DNA of 64,000 nucleotides, taken from positions 7,548 to 71,547 of the forward strand of contig CALZHD010000002.1 in assembly GCA_945787155.1 (NCBI GenBank), read 5' to 3'. How positions within the stretch are numbered: position 1 is the stretch's first letter; each line of letters starts with the position of its first letter. Under the pieces are notes generated by a model. It searched no databases. It saw only the letters and a list, made by a program, of their open reading frames with translations, and was not told where the DNA came from. This stretch comes from an uncultured Gammaproteobacteria bacterium (GTDB lineage: Bacteria > Pseudomonadota > Gammaproteobacteria > SZUA-140). This document shows positions 1 through 11,059 of this stretch, in pieces. The position numbers and the translations under genes were made by a program.

Positions 1-1
1 A

Positions 2-1201
2 CAGCTCTTTAAGCAGTTGTTGATGGTGTCGGGCATGGACCGTTATTACCAGATTGTGCGCTGTTTTCGCGATGAAGATCTGCGTGCCGATCGCCAGCCT
101 GAATTTACCCAGCTCGATATCGAGACTTCGTTTATGAACGAAGAGCAGATCATCACCATGATGGAACAGATGATCCGTGAACTCTTTGCGAAGGTACTGG
201 AAGTGCCGCTGCACGACCCGTTCCCACGCATGACTCACGCCGAGGCGATCGATCGCTTTGGCATCGACCGTCCCGATCTGCGTATCCCATTAGAACTGGT
301 TGATGTCGGTGACCTGATGGCCAATGTTGAATTTAAGGTCTTCTCGGGCCCGGCGAAGGATGCCAATGGCCGTGTGGCCGCGCTGCGCCTGCCGGGTGGT
401 TGTGGGCTGTCGCGCAAAGAGATTGACGACTACACCAAGTATGTGTCGATCTATGGCGCGAAGGGGCTTGCCTATATCAAGATCAACGACCTCGCGGCGG
501 GCCGAGAGGGATTGCAGTCACCGATTCTGAAGTTCCTGCCCGATGAAGCGGTTAGTGCGATTATTGAGCGCACCGCTGCAGAGACGGGAGATCTGATCTT
601 CTTTGGTGCGGACAAGGCGGGCATCGTCAATGAAGCGCTGGGTGCGCTGCGTGTTAAGCTGGGTCATGATCGTGGTCTGGTCGAACGTGGCTGGCGTCCG
701 GTGTGGGTGGTGGACTTCCCGATGTTCGAGCGCGATGAAAAGTATGACCGCTGGACTGCCATTCACCATCCGTTTACCCGTCCCAAGGTGGAGAATGCCG
801 CGGAGTTGGCGGCCGATCCCGCCAATGCCAAATCACAGGCGTATGATCTGGTGTTGAATGGTACCGAAGTTGGCGGCGGCTCGATTCGTATTCATAGTGC
901 CGAGATGCAGGCCGAAGTGCTGAAACAGCTCGGCATCAGCGATGAAGAGGCCGAGGCGAAGTTTGGCTTCCTGCTAGAGGCATTGAAATATGGTTGCCCA
1001 CCTCACGGTGGTCTCGCCTTTGGTCTGGACCGGCTGGTGATGTTGATGACCGGTGCGGCGTCTATCCGCGAAGTGATCGCCTTTCCAAAGACACAGAGCG
1101 CGGCGTGTGTATTGACCAATGCACCTTCGTCAGTGGCCGATGAGCAGTTGCGTGAACTGGGTGTGCGACTGCGTAAACCACCTGCTGCTGAAGAGAAGTA
1201 A
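2..1201 (+). CDS. aspS: aspartate--tRNA ligase, C-terminal ~394 aa (5' end truncated by window edge)
   Basis: Translation shows class II aaRS motifs ([37 protein letters not shown] ... GGGSIRIH ... GLDRLVM) characteristic of AspRS; frame is open back to window start. Confidence 0.93.
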   Translation, partial: QLFKQLLMVSGMDRYYQIVRCFRDEDLRADRQPEFTQLDIETSFMNEEQIITMMEQMIRELFAKVLEVPLHDPFPRMTHAEAIDRFGIDRPDLRIPLELVDVGDLMANVEFKVFSGPAKDANGRVAALRLPGGCGLSRKEIDDYTKYVSIYGAKGLAYIKINDLAAGREGLQSPILKFLPDEAVSAIIERTAAETGDLIFFGADKAGIVNEALGALRVKLGHDRGLVERGWRPVWVVDFPMFERDEKYDRWTAIHHPFTRPKVENAAELAADPANAKSQAYDLVLNGTEVGGGSIRIHSAEMQAEVLKQLGISDEEAEAKFGFLLEALKYGCPPHGGLAFGLDRLVMLMTGAASIREVIAFPKTQSAACVLTNAPSSVADEQLRELGVRLRKPPAAEEK

Positions 1202-1225
1202 TAGAAGTCATAGAGGAGTCCGTAG

Positions 1226-2323
1226 ATGGTTGCAAACGCTGCTGCTATTCAGCAATTTACTGGATTGAGTGACGCCGAGTGCATTGAGCGTATCGAGGCC
1301 GCAAAGGCCGCGCTGGGTGATCGTCTGATTATTCTCGGCCATCACTATCAGCGTGAAGAGGTGTTTCGTCACGCCGATGTCAGTGGTGATTCGCTCAAGC
1401 TGTCACGCGAGGCGGCGAACTCACAGGCGGATTACATCGTCTTCTGTGGTGTCCACTTCATGGCCGAGGTGGCGGACATCCTGTCCCGTCCGGAGCAGGT
1501 GGCGATGTTGCCGGACCTCTCTGCCGGTTGTTCAATGGCCGACATGGCAAACCTCACCAAGGTCGAACGTGCATGGCAAGAGATCGCGCGCGTGCTTGAT
1601 CCCGATGAGCATGTGACCCCGGTGACCTATATCAATTCTGCCGCTGATCTGAAGGCGTTCTGTGGCCGTCATGGCGGTATCGTCTGCACGTCGACTAACG
1701 CACAGCAGATCCTTGAGTGGTCATTTGCGCGCCGTGAAAAGATTCTGTTTTTTCCTGACCAGCATCTCGGTCGTAATACTGCCGCGAAGATGGGCATTCC
1801 ATTAGAAGAGATGGTGGTGTGGGACTTTGATCAACCGTTTGGGGGTTTGACTAAAGATCAGGTAAAGAACGCGAAGATGATTCTATGGAAGGGGTTCTGT
1901 TCGGTACATCAGATGTTCAAGCCGGAACATATCGACCGTTTCCGCGCGATGTATCCCGATGTGAAAGTGATCTCACATCCCGAGGCCTCCTACGAAGTGT
2001 GTCAGAAGTCTGATTATGTCGGTTCGACCGAGTATATTATTAACACGGTGGCCGAGTCTGCGCCGGGCACTCGTTGGCTGGTCGGAACCGAACTGAACCT
2101 CGTGACGCGTCTGCATGAGCAATACAAACACGAAGATAAAGCGGTCCACTTCATGTCGCCGACGGTCTGCATGTGTTCCACCATGTTTCGGGTCGATCCG
2201 CAGCATCTATTGTGGCAGCTGGAAAATCTGGTGGAAGGTAATGTCGTTAATCAGATCATCGTACCTGCGGCTGAGGCGAATGAAGCGCGCGAGGCACTGA
2301 ATCGGATGTTGTCGATACGTTAG
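1226..2323 (+). CDS. nadA: quinolinate synthase A
   Basis: 365 aa. The HHYQ...VHFMAE...CSMAD...CSVH...HPEAS...GST...CMCSTM pattern parallels the NadA cysteine and motif layout. RBS-like GAGGAG sits upstream. Confidence 0.82.
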   Translation: MVANAAAIQQFTGLSDAECIERIEAAKAALGDRLIILGHHYQREEVFRHADVSGDSLKLSREAANSQADYIVFCGVHFMAEVADILSRPEQVAMLPDLSAGCSMADMANLTKVERAWQEIARVLDPDEHVTPVTYINSAADLKAFCGRHGGIVCTSTNAQQILEWSFARREKILFFPDQHLGRNTAAKMGIPLEEMVVWDFDQPFGGLTKDQVKNAKMILWKGFCSVHQMFKPEHIDRFRAMYPDVKVISHPEASYEVCQKSDYVGSTEYIINTVAESAPGTRWLVGTELNLVTRLHEQYKHEDKAVHFMSPTVCMCSTMFRVDPQHLLWQLENLVEGNVVNQIIVPAAEANEAREALNRMLSIR

Positions 2324-2338
2324 GCGGCTGCTTTTCTG

Positions 2339-2420
2339 GTTCCCATGCTGTTGCGTAGGAATCCATATAGGGTCAAGATCCCTGTTTCCTGTACGCGTTC
2401 CTACGCAGGAGCGTAGGAAC
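2339..2420. repeat. REP-like palindromic element (GTTCCCAYGC-N4-GCGTRGGAAT + CATATAG, then perfect palindrome GTTCCTACGC-AGGA-GCGTAGGAAC)
   Basis: Two adjacent inverted repeats in the nadA/methyltransferase intergenic region. The same two-module element recurs at 37211-37390. Confidence 0.6.
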
Positions 2421-2458
2421 GAGGTGTAAGTTTAACCAGGGTATTAGATGGAGTTTGC

Positions 2459-3265
2459 ATGAGCCGACAAGACAATCAACCCGACTGGGATACCCTCGCG
2501 GAAAAGTTTGACCTGTGGGCGCCGCACATTGCGCCCGTCGGTGAGGCGTTGTTGGCAGCACTTGATGCGCAGCCGGACGATCACATCCTCGACCTTGCTT
2601 CCGGTACCGGTGAACCGGCGCTGACCCTGGCACAGCGACAGCCACGGGTGACGGTTACCGGTACCGATGCCGCCGCGGGTATGGTGCAGGTCGCCGAGCG
2701 TAAGGCGCGTGAACAGGCACTTGATAATCTTCAATTTCAAACCATGGCGGCGGAGTCGTTGTCGTTTCCCGATGAGCACTTTGATCGCCTGATCTGTCGT
2801 TTTGGCGTGATGCTATTTACCGATCCTGAAGCCGGATTGCAACAGATGTTGCGTGTCTTGAAACCGGGTGGACGTTGCGCACTGGCGGTGTGGGATACAT
2901 TAAAGGGGATGACCGGCGTTTACTGGACACAGCAGGTGTTTAAAGATCGCATTCCTGAGTCGGAACAACCGGCGGTGGACAAGATTGTTTCGATGAGTGG
3001 TGGGGTGCTGGAAGGATTGTTGGAAAAGGTCGGTTTTTCAGCGGTCGAGACGCAGCTCAATCGTTTTGAATATCACTTTTCAGACTTCGATGCCTATTGG
3101 CAAAGCTGTGTCGACTCCGCCATTATGAAGCAACAACTCGATGCCCTGCAGCCGGGGCAGCTCGACGAGGTAAAGAATGCCTTTGCTGCGTTGGCACAAC
3201 CGTATCAAACCGATGATGGACTGGTGATACCACATGAATACCGGTTGGCGGTTGCGATCAAATAG
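2459..3265 (+). CDS. class I SAM-dependent methyltransferase
   Basis: 268 aa. Motif I LDLASGTGEPALTLA and downstream VLKPGGRCAL are typical of the UbiE/COQ5-type Rossmann methyltransferase fold. Confidence 0.75.
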   Translation: MSRQDNQPDWDTLAEKFDLWAPHIAPVGEALLAALDAQPDDHILDLASGTGEPALTLAQRQPRVTVTGTDAAAGMVQVAERKAREQALDNLQFQTMAAESLSFPDEHFDRLICRFGVMLFTDPEAGLQQMLRVLKPGGRCALAVWDTLKGMTGVYWTQQVFKDRIPESEQPAVDKIVSMSGGVLEGLLEKVGFSAVETQLNRFEYHFSDFDAYWQSCVDSAIMKQQLDALQPGQLDEVKNAFAALAQPYQTDDGLVIPHEYRLAVAIK

Positions 3266-3283
3266 TTCATTTTTGACTGCATC

Positions 3284-3946
3284 GTGACCTTCAGCGATAA
3301 CAGCGCAATCGATAACAGCGGGTTGGTTGTTTTTGTCCATGGCCTGTGGATGACTGGCGTTGATATGTGGTGGTTGCGCCGCGGGATGATGCGTCATGGT
3401 TATCGCGTCAAACAATTTTCCTATCCAGCCGTGCGTTGTGATGTAAAACAGAATGCCGTGCGTCTTAATGCCTTTCTTGAAAAACATGGACGCGGTGTCG
3501 AGGTAATCCATCTGGTTGGGCATAGTCTTGGTGGGCTTGTGATTCGTCAGATGTTTCATGATTTTCCTGCGCAGAAGCCAGGCCGTATCGTCACGTTAGG
3601 AACGCCACATAGCGGCAGTGCTATCGCCCATCTGTTTAACCGCAGTCGGCCAGGTCGGTGGGTGTTGGGCAAAAGTACGATACGTGGCCTGCTGGGGGAT
3701 ATGCCACCATGGCAGGGCGTGCGTGAACTGGGCGTGATTGCGGGTACCAAAGATCACGGCATTGGCCGCGCATTTTGTGCCTTGCCCCAGCCAAACGATG
3801 GCACTGTTGCGGTAGAAGAGACTCGCCTGCCGGGGATGACAGATCATATTGAGTTGTCAGTGGCGCATAGTGGCATGTTGCTCTCAACGGAGGTGATTCG
3901 GCAGGCGTCTTATTTTCTGGGGCAAGGTTGTTTTGTTAGACCATGA
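3284..3946 (+). CDS. alpha/beta-fold hydrolase (lipase/esterase-like)
   Basis: 220 aa. Oxyanion-hole VFVHGLW and nucleophile elbow GHSLGG are seen in the translation. Confidence 0.7.
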   Translation: MTFSDNSAIDNSGLVVFVHGLWMTGVDMWWLRRGMMRHGYRVKQFSYPAVRCDVKQNAVRLNAFLEKHGRGVEVIHLVGHSLGGLVIRQMFHDFPAQKPGRIVTLGTPHSGSAIAHLFNRSRPGRWVLGKSTIRGLLGDMPPWQGVRELGVIAGTKDHGIGRAFCALPQPNDGTVAVEETRLPGMTDHIELSVAHSGMLLSTEVIRQASYFLGQGCFVRP

Positions 3947-4090
3947 GGTTTTTAGATGGAATTTTTATCTATCTTTAGCGTCTAACAAAGTGTTGTAGGC
4001 TGTGTGGAAATGAGGTGCTATTCACAGATTAATCGTGGAAAGGATGTTACTGTATTAGTCATGCACGATATGGCGTTAAGGAGATTGAAG

Positions 4091-4825
4091 ATGATCAAGC
4101 GGATTTCAGCGTTTGCACTGTTAGGCACATTATTGGTGGTTAGCCTGCCATCACGTGCGGGAGACAGTGATATCCAGTTACCTATCACATTCGGGCAGCC
4201 TGAGTTTAATACCTTAGTGGAAGAGCTAGGGGTTGCGGTGGCATATAACGCGGTAGCGCCCGCTGAGTCTCTGGGGATCACGGGCTTCGACATCGGCATT
4301 GTCGTCACTGGCGTCGAGCTGAATGAACAGGTGTGGAACCAGGTGGTAAGTGATGGCAGTGCGCCGTCGACATTGCCGGTGCCGAAATTGATTGCGCGCA
4401 AAGGGTTGCCGTTTGGCGTTGACCTCGGCGTAAGTTATACCTCAGTGCCTGATAGTAATGTGAGTATTATTGGAGGCGAACTTCGCAAGTCGTTGATTGA
4501 TGGCTCTATGGCGTTACCGGCCGTTTCATTGTCGCTGCATACGAGTCGTTTGAGGGGTGTCGATGATCTCGATATCAAGACCTATGGGGTCGACGTTGGG
4601 GTCAGTAAGGGGTTTGCGATGTTGACCCCTTATGCATCGATGGGCCAGTTGTGGCTAGAGGGAAGTGAAAATGTGTCATTGCTCAACTTGCTGGCCTATG
4701 ATGACTCGATGACACGCAGCCTTGTCGGGGTGCGTATCGGCTTTATGCCGCTGATGAGCCTGACGCTACAGGCCGACTTTGCCGAGGCCAATAGTTATAA
4801 TGTCAAACTGGGAGTCGATTTCTAG
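4091..4825 (+). CDS. exported hypothetical protein, probable outer-membrane beta-barrel
   Basis: AAGGAG RBS lies 8 nt before ATG at 4091. N-terminal signal peptide MIKRISAFALLGTLLVVSLPSRA. Alternating amphipathic segments and a C-terminal ...VKLGVDF aromatic end typical of OMPs. Confidence 0.5.
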   Translation: MIKRISAFALLGTLLVVSLPSRAGDSDIQLPITFGQPEFNTLVEELGVAVAYNAVAPAESLGITGFDIGIVVTGVELNEQVWNQVVSDGSAPSTLPVPKLIARKGLPFGVDLGVSYTSVPDSNVSIIGGELRKSLIDGSMALPAVSLSLHTSRLRGVDDLDIKTYGVDVGVSKGFAMLTPYASMGQLWLEGSENVSLLNLLAYDDSMTRSLVGVRIGFMPLMSLTLQADFAEANSYNVKLGVDF

Positions 4826-5839
4826 TTACTGTTTTTGATGATGCATGCGCAGCGCTAGATGGAATACCACATCCGGGACGGTGCTGGTAACGATATCTTC
4901 AACAACGCTGATGTCCAACGCTGTTTTGTCTGAAAACCGAATCGTGCCACCCACGTTAATCTGCAGCGAATCACTGCCAAGATTTTTCAGTGCGCTGTCA
5001 TAAAAGGCGCTGTGTCCATCCAGTTGTGCCTTCAGTACCATCCATGAATAATGTCCAGGTTGATAGTTAAGGCCGAGGTTTGCAAAGCCGGCGGCACGTT
5101 TTTGCTGCTCGTTGAGCAGGTCACTGTGGCCATTGAGTAACAACCCACCGCCATAGTTGAAAGTGACACGTTGATAGGTACGCGATGTGGTGAGTGCAAG
5201 TGAGAGGTCGACGCCGCCACTGCCAGTGAGTTTTTCCGCCTTGCCGGTCGGGAGTTTAAGCCCCGCACGCAGCGCACTGCAGTGGTGTTGTGGTGACTTT
5301 TTACAACGCAGTTGCCATGCAGCAGAGAGCCTGATGTCGCCGATACCGTCAGTGGTATCGACGATGCGGTATTGGGTGACCCCGTTGCGACTATATTCAT
5401 AGCGTAGTCGCTTTTCCTGGAACTGGTTGCGTTCACTGTTTGAGAGCCCAAATAGGTCGTGCCAGTTACGAATGAAGCCGTCCAGGGCGCCACCGCTGTG
5501 AGTAATATAAGGGATGTCTACACCGACCTCGATATTCTTCTGTAGTCCGTGACGAAACATGAAGTTGAGACGGTAGGTTTCGCCATCGATGATGATGCTT
5601 TCCTGTTGGACATTTTCTGCAATCGAGGCGTTGGCGATGTCGAGTATTGTCCACGCAGTGGTGGTGCCGGGTGCGGTGATCATCCCCTTTTCCAGTGGTG
5701 GTAGTCCGTGCATCTGAATCAATGGGTTTTGATTGACAGTGTAAAATGGCGTGGTCGCCTCGGCGAGCGACTTTTCTACCGGTACTGAGGTAGTGAACGC
5801 GCAAATGAGGCCGAACAGTGATGGCTTAAGACGTTTCAT
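4826..5839 (-). CDS. exported hypothetical protein (possible outer-membrane protein)
   Basis: 337 aa with N-terminal signal peptide (MKRLKPSLFGLICAFTTSVPVEKSLA). No recognisable catalytic motifs. Convergent and abutting the previous ORF. Confidence 0.5.
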   Translation of the reverse strand: MKRLKPSLFGLICAFTTSVPVEKSLAEATTPFYTVNQNPLIQMHGLPPLEKGMITAPGTTTAWTILDIANASIAENVQQESIIIDGETYRLNFMFRHGLQKNIEVGVDIPYITHSGGALDGFIRNWHDLFGLSNSERNQFQEKRLRYEYSRNGVTQYRIVDTTDGIGDIRLSAAWQLRCKKSPQHHCSALRAGLKLPTGKAEKLTGSGGVDLSLALTTSRTYQRVTFNYGGGLLLNGHSDLLNEQQKRAAGFANLGLNYQPGHYSWMVLKAQLDGHSAFYDSALKNLGSDSLQINVGGTIRFSDKTALDISVVEDIVTSTVPDVVFHLALRMHHQKQ

Positions 5840-5991
5840 TATTGTTGTTTTATAGTTTAGATGTGCTGAATTATATAAGTAATTAATCGTGTTGTGGGAA
5901 TCCGCTGGAGACTGTTAGCAAAACGGGTCGCAATGATTGCGTGTATCATGAGACCGCTTGAATCTAGTTGAATTGGACGTGTGTGGTTGTC

Positions 5992-6933
5992 ATGAGTAAA
6001 AGAAAAGATACTGCAGTGATATGCCTGATGGGGCCGACGGCCGCTGGCAAAACCGATATCGCGGTGCAACTGGTCGAGACATTACCGTGTGAGATTATTA
6101 GTGTCGATTCGGCGATGATCTATCGCGGTATGGATATCGGCACGGCCAAACCGGATGCCGCGACACAGGCGCGTGCACCGCATCGCTTGATCGATATTTG
6201 TGACCCAACAGAGGTCTATTCCGCAGCGCGTTTTCGCACTGACGCACTGCAGGCGATCGAGTCGATCATTGTCAATGGGAAGATCCCGCTATTGGTGGGA
6301 GGGACGATGCTCTATTTTAAGGCGCTGCTTGAGGGGCTCTCGCCGCTGCCGTCGGCAGATACAGAGGTGCGGGCGCAATTAGAGGCGGACGCGGAACGGG
6401 TGGGATGGGGCGAGATGCACGCGCGTTTGGCACATGTTGACGCGGTGTCGGCGGCACGAATTCATCCTAATGACCCGCAGCGTATTCAGCGCGCACTTGA
6501 GGTGTATGAAATCACAGGCAGGTCGCTGACCGAACTGACCGGCAGCGAGAGGCGCGAACCTTTTCCATATATGCTCAAAAAATTGATCGTGGCACCCCCG
6601 CAGCGGTCAGTACTGCATGAGCGCATCGAACTTCGTTTTCAGCAGATGATGGCGCAAGGTTTTCTGGCTGAGGTGGCGGGACTTTATGGGCAGAACGGAC
6701 TGCATGCGGGATTGCCGGCGATCAGATCAGTGGGGTATCGCCAGTTATGGGCTTACCTCGACGGAGAATTGACGCTTGATGAGGCGGTCGAGCGCGGCAT
6801 TATCGCCACGCGCCAGTTGGCCAAACGGCAGATGACCTGGTTGAGGGCGGAGAAAAATGAGAAATGGGTTGACGGCAGTGATAAAAATGTTATGAATACG
6901 GTCTTGAAGTACGTGTCAGTCGACACTATTTAA
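5992..6933 (+). CDS. miaA: tRNA dimethylallyltransferase
   Basis: P-loop GPTAAGKT followed by [18 protein letters not shown], a MiaA signature. Sits directly upstream of hfq in the conserved arrangement. Confidence 0.92.
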   Translation: MSKRKDTAVICLMGPTAAGKTDIAVQLVETLPCEIISVDSAMIYRGMDIGTAKPDAATQARAPHRLIDICDPTEVYSAARFRTDALQAIESIIVNGKIPLLVGGTMLYFKALLEGLSPLPSADTEVRAQLEADAERVGWGEMHARLAHVDAVSAARIHPNDPQRIQRALEVYEITGRSLTELTGSERREPFPYMLKKLIVAPPQRSVLHERIELRFQQMMAQGFLAEVAGLYGQNGLHAGLPAIRSVGYRQLWAYLDGELTLDEAVERGIIATRQLAKRQMTWLRAEKNEKWVDGSDKNVMNTVLKYVSVDTI

Positions 6934-7071
6934 CTAATTTGTGGTGTAAGCTAGGTATCAGCTTGCTACAATTACGCATGAATAGGGGGGGTATCACTTC
7001 ATTTTGTGTAGAATAATCATTTTCAGGATAGCTGAAAGTCCGTCCATCGTTTGGATATAAGGAGAATAATA

Positions 7072-7314
7072 ATGGCCAAAGGGCAATCCTTACAAGACCC
7101 TTTTTTGAACGCTTTGCGCAAGGAGCGCATTCCTGTTTCCATCTATTTAGTCAATGGAATCAAACTGCAAGGTCAGGTTGAGTCATTCGACCAGTTTGTC
7201 GTTTTGCTGAAAAACTCCGTTAGTCAGATGGTTTATAAGCATGCGATCTCGACTGTTGTTCCGGCGCGTAATATCAAGACATCACTATCAGAAGAACCTG
7301 TTTCGGATGAGTGA
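7072..7314 (+). CDS. hfq: RNA chaperone Hfq
   Basis: [64 protein letters not shown] is a near-canonical Hfq Sm1/Sm2 sequence. AAGGAG RBS at 7059-7064. Confidence 0.97.
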   Translation: MAKGQSLQDPFLNALRKERIPVSIYLVNGIKLQGQVESFDQFVVLLKNSVSQMVYKHAISTVVPARNIKTSLSEEPVSDE

Positions 7315-7359
7315 TGTTGTCAGTTTTGTGGCAGTAGTAGTGGGGTTAGGCGCGATTGT

Positions 7360-8760
7360 TTGATAGACGCCATGTTTGATCGACCTCAGGGCGGCACCCG
7401 GGCAATTTTGGTCCATCTGGAGCTTAGTGCGCGGGATGCACAGGAGAGTCTGGATGAGTTTTGCGATTTAGCGGCTTCAGTGGATGTCGAGGTTACCTCG
7501 ATTGTCACTGGACGACGCAAAACGCCCGATCCAAAATATTTTGTCGGCGCTGGTAAAGCGCAAGAGATTCAGCAACGTGTGGCGGCCGAAGAGGTCGAGC
7601 TGGTGCTTTTTAATCATCAGCTTTCTCCCACTCAGGAGCGAAATCTTGAGCAGCTTTTGTGTTGTCGAGTGGTGGACCGCTCCGGCCTGATCCTCGATAT
7701 CTTTGCGTTGCGTGCAAGTTCCTTTGAAGGGAAGCTGCAGGTTGAGTTGGCGCAACTCAAACATCTTTCGACTCGACTGGTACGGGGCTGGACCCATCTG
7801 GAACGACAGAAGGGGGGGATCGGTCTGCGTGGTCCCGGTGAAACTCAGCTGGAGACCGATCGTCGTTTGATTGGTGCGCGTATCAAAAAACTTAATAAGC
7901 GCCTTGATAAAGTGAGAAAGCAGCGTGAGCTGCGCAGGCAGACTCGGCGAAAGGCCGCAGTGCCGACCGTATCGCTGGTGGGGTATACTAATGCTGGTAA
8001 ATCAACGCTCTTTAATCGCCTTACCGGTGCTGGCGTTTATGCCGCAGACCAGCTCTTTGCAACGCTCGATCCCACCTTGCGTCGTGTTGAGCTACCTGCT
8101 GCTGGGCAGGTGATTCTTGCAGACACCGTTGGATTTATTCGCCATCTGCCACATGATCTGGTGGCAGCCTTTCGCGCAACGCTAGAAGAGACGGTTGAGG
8201 CGAACCTGTTGCTGCATGTGATCGACGCTCATGATGATGAGCGTCATGCGTATATGGACCAGGTCAATCGAGTGTTGAAAGAGATTGGCGCGGGTGATAT
8301 TCCTCAGATAGAAGTCTATAACAAGATTGATCAGGTAGAAGGTTCCGCGCCTCGTATCGATTATGATAAAACGGGGAAGCCTTGCCGTATCTGGCTTTCA
8401 GCACAGTCTGGCGAAGGCGTTGACCTGTTATTGCAATCGTTGACACAGCATTTTCTGGAAATGAAACGTGATGGGGTTGAGGCGGATGAGCACGCAGCGT
8501 CACGAGCATTCGATAATATGCTGGCGAGCGATGAGAGTGGTTTGATCAGGCAGGAGGTTTTATTGGCGCCAGAGGCAGGACGTCTACGAGCACAACTCTA
8601 TGACTGGGATGTGGTGGTAGAAGAGGCGTCATCTGCATCAGAATCGGAAGGGTATGTGTTATTGATTATGGCCACACCAGAGTTGTTGGCTTTTCTCGAA
8701 AAACAGGATGGCTGTTCCATCGTGTCGAAAATGGATGTAAAGTTGGCGGGAAGTGCATAA
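7360..8760 (+). CDS. hflX: GTPase HflX
   Basis: 466 aa. G1 motif [10 protein letters not shown]3 DTVGF, G4 NKID, plus the HflX N-terminal domain. Conserved position after hfq. Confidence 0.92.
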   Translation: MIDAMFDRPQGGTRAILVHLELSARDAQESLDEFCDLAASVDVEVTSIVTGRRKTPDPKYFVGAGKAQEIQQRVAAEEVELVLFNHQLSPTQERNLEQLLCCRVVDRSGLILDIFALRASSFEGKLQVELAQLKHLSTRLVRGWTHLERQKGGIGLRGPGETQLETDRRLIGARIKKLNKRLDKVRKQRELRRQTRRKAAVPTVSLVGYTNAGKSTLFNRLTGAGVYAADQLFATLDPTLRRVELPAAGQVILADTVGFIRHLPHDLVAAFRATLEETVEANLLLHVIDAHDDERHAYMDQVNRVLKEIGAGDIPQIEVYNKIDQVEGSAPRIDYDKTGKPCRIWLSAQSGEGVDLLLQSLTQHFLEMKRDGVEADEHAASRAFDNMLASDESGLIRQEVLLAPEAGRLRAQLYDWDVVVEEASSASESEGYVLLIMATPELLAFLEKQDGCSIVSKMDVKLAGSA

Positions 8761-8859
8761 ATCCTTGCGAGGATTTTATGATACCCATAGAATCGCGATA
8801 GAATGTTGGGTCACGTTGAATAACAACTCAGATAAAACCAAAGTGGATGGGACTAAATA

Positions 8860-10104
8860 ATGGCTTGGAATGAACCGGGTGGCTCCAAGGATAATGATCC
8901 ATGGGGTGGTGGTAATAAAAAGGACCAGGGACCTCCCGATCTTGATGAGGTGGTGAAGAAGTTTCAGGATCAGGTCCGCAAAATATTTGGTGGCAAGGGA
9001 AGTAAAGGCAGCGACGGTGATAGCGAGGGTTCCTCTACCGGCGGTTCTGGTGGTGCTATCGGCATTGGCGTGATTCTTGGTGGTGCCCTGTTTCTGTGGG
9101 GACTGACCGGTATCTATATTGTTGATGAAGGTAAGCGTGGCGTTGAGCTGCGTTTTGGCCAATATAGTGAAACGACTCAGCCGGGACCTCATTGGCATAT
9201 TCCATCGCCGATTGATTCCGTTGAAATTGTCGATGTCTCGCAGATTCGAAATGTTGAAATTGGCTATCGTTCTGGCGCAGGTGCAGAGTCATCGAAGCGC
9301 AGTGTATTGAATGAGGCGATGATGTTGACCCAGGATGAGAACATCGTGGATGTTAACTTCGCGGTTCAGTATCGCATCAAAGAAGCACGCGATTATCTGT
9401 TCAATATGCGTTCACCTGATGAAACATTACGTGAAGCCACAGAAAGTGCGGTGCGCGAGATTGTCGGTAAAAGCAAGATGGATTTCGTGCTGACCGAAGG
9501 GCGCAGCGAAATGGTGCAGAGTGCGGAAGTATTGATCCAGGAGATTCTGGATCGTTACGGTTCCGGGCTGCAGGTGACCAGTGTCAACATGCAGGATGCG
9601 CAGCCCCCTGAACAGGTACAGGCGGCCTTCAGTGATGCAGTAAAGGCGCGAGAGGATGAGCAGCGACTGAAGAATGAGGCCGAAGCCTATTCAAATGATA
9701 TTTTGCCAAAGGCTCGTGGTGCTGGCGCGCGTATGTTCGAGGAAGCGACTGCCTATAAATCGAAGGTTGTTGCTGAGGCGGAAGGTCAGGCGAGCCGTTT
9801 TTTACAGGTGCTGACAGAGTATCAAAAGGCGCCCATTGTGACACGTGAACGTCTGTATCTGGATGCGATGGAAGCCGTGTTAAATAACAGTAGCAAGGTG
9901 ATGCTGGATGTCGAAGGTGGTGGTAATCTGCTCTATCTTCCGCTTGATCGTATGATGGGGCCAGCAACAGCCGCGGTCCCTCTGTTGCCACAGTCATCAC
10001 AGGCGCTCGATGCCGCACGTAAAGATGTAGAGAACCGAGCGCGTGATCGTATGGCCGATCAGGTACGTTCACGAGCAACACTGCGTAATCGGGAGGCACG
10101 TTAA
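8860..10104 (+). CDS. hflK: FtsH protease modulator HflK
   Basis: 414 aa. N-terminal Gly-rich region, single TM helix, SPFH/band-7 domain. Immediately upstream of hflC. Confidence 0.92.
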   Translation: MAWNEPGGSKDNDPWGGGNKKDQGPPDLDEVVKKFQDQVRKIFGGKGSKGSDGDSEGSSTGGSGGAIGIGVILGGALFLWGLTGIYIVDEGKRGVELRFGQYSETTQPGPHWHIPSPIDSVEIVDVSQIRNVEIGYRSGAGAESSKRSVLNEAMMLTQDENIVDVNFAVQYRIKEARDYLFNMRSPDETLREATESAVREIVGKSKMDFVLTEGRSEMVQSAEVLIQEILDRYGSGLQVTSVNMQDAQPPEQVQAAFSDAVKAREDEQRLKNEAEAYSNDILPKARGAGARMFEEATAYKSKVVAEAEGQASRFLQVLTEYQKAPIVTRERLYLDAMEAVLNNSSKVMLDVEGGGNLLYLPLDRMMGPATAAVPLLPQSSQALDAARKDVENRARDRMADQVRSRATLRNREAR

Positions 10105-10979
10105 TGAATCAGGGTAAAATAATGTCAGTGGTCGTTGCGCTGATGGTCACCGTGCTGGTGGGCTCATTTTGTGTTTTCACTGTGGACGAGCGTGAGCGTG
10201 CGATCAAGTTCCGTCTGGGTGAGATCGTCAAGACCGACTTTGAGCCAGGCCTCTATTTTAAATTTCCGCTGGTCAATAACGTGCTTAAGTTTGATTCTCG
10301 TATCGTCACGCTGGATTCAGATCCAGAACGCTATCTGACCTCCGAGAAGAAAAATGTGATCGTCGATTCGTTTGTGAAATGGCAGATCGAAGATGTAGGT
10401 GCGTATTACACCGCAATGGGTGGCGATGAGCGCCAGGCTAATATCCGTCTGTCACAGATCATCAGAGATGGCCTGCGTGGTGAGTTTGGTAAACGTACCA
10501 TTCAGGAAGTGGTATCAGGTGAGCGTGCGCAAATCATGACCATTCTGACAACAAATGCAGCAAAGCAGGCGAAAGCGTTTGGCATTAGTGTGGTCGATGT
10601 GCGCATCAAGCGTATCGATCTCTCTGAAGATGTCAGTACCTCGGTCTTCCGGCGTATGGAAGCGGAGCGTGCTCGTGTGGCGAAAGATCTGCGTTCGAAA
10701 GGTGCTGAGGCAGCTGAGCGCATTCGTGCCGATGCCGATCGTCAGCGCACCATCATTATTGCCGATGCCTTTCGTGATGCAGAGCGGCTACGCGGTGAGG
10801 GTGATGGTGAGGCGGCCGCGATCTATGCTGAGGCCTTCACACAGGATAGCGAATTTTATTCGTTCTATCGCAGCCTGAACGCCTATCGAGATTCATTTAA
10901 AGATAAAAGCGATATCGTGGTGCTTGAGCCAGATAACGATTTCTTTAAATATTTCAAAAGTTCTAAAGGCGTAGAGTAG
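10104..10979 (+). CDS. hflC: FtsH protease modulator HflC
   Basis: 291 aa SPFH/band-7 protein with an N-terminal TM helix. Start overlaps the hflK stop, consistent with translational coupling. Confidence 0.92.
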   Translation: MNQGKIMSVVVALMVTVLVGSFCVFTVDERERAIKFRLGEIVKTDFEPGLYFKFPLVNNVLKFDSRIVTLDSDPERYLTSEKKNVIVDSFVKWQIEDVGAYYTAMGGDERQANIRLSQIIRDGLRGEFGKRTIQEVVSGERAQIMTILTTNAAKQAKAFGISVVDVRIKRIDLSEDVSTSVFRRMEAERARVAKDLRSKGAEAAERIRADADRQRTIIIADAFRDAERLRGEGDGEAAAIYAEAFTQDSEFYSFYRSLNAYRDSFKDKSDIVVLEPDNDFFKYFKSSKGVE

Positions 10980-11059
10980 CGTTACATCGTCCGGCGACTT
11001 GATCGCCGGGCGATTTCCCACCATTTTTACCGGTCGTCACCAGGAAATTTCAATAGATT

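Noticed and set aside
2339-2420. Palindromic GTTCCCACGC...GCGTGGGAAC repeats considered as CRISPR repeats
   Set aside because: Only one or two palindromes per locus, with irregular spacing, no regular repeat-spacer periodicity and no cas genes. Better explained as REP-like elements.
10980-11040. CCGGCGA-CTTGA-TCGCCGG hairpin after hflC as a terminator
   Set aside because: The T-run is 14 nt away from the stem. Weak candidate only.
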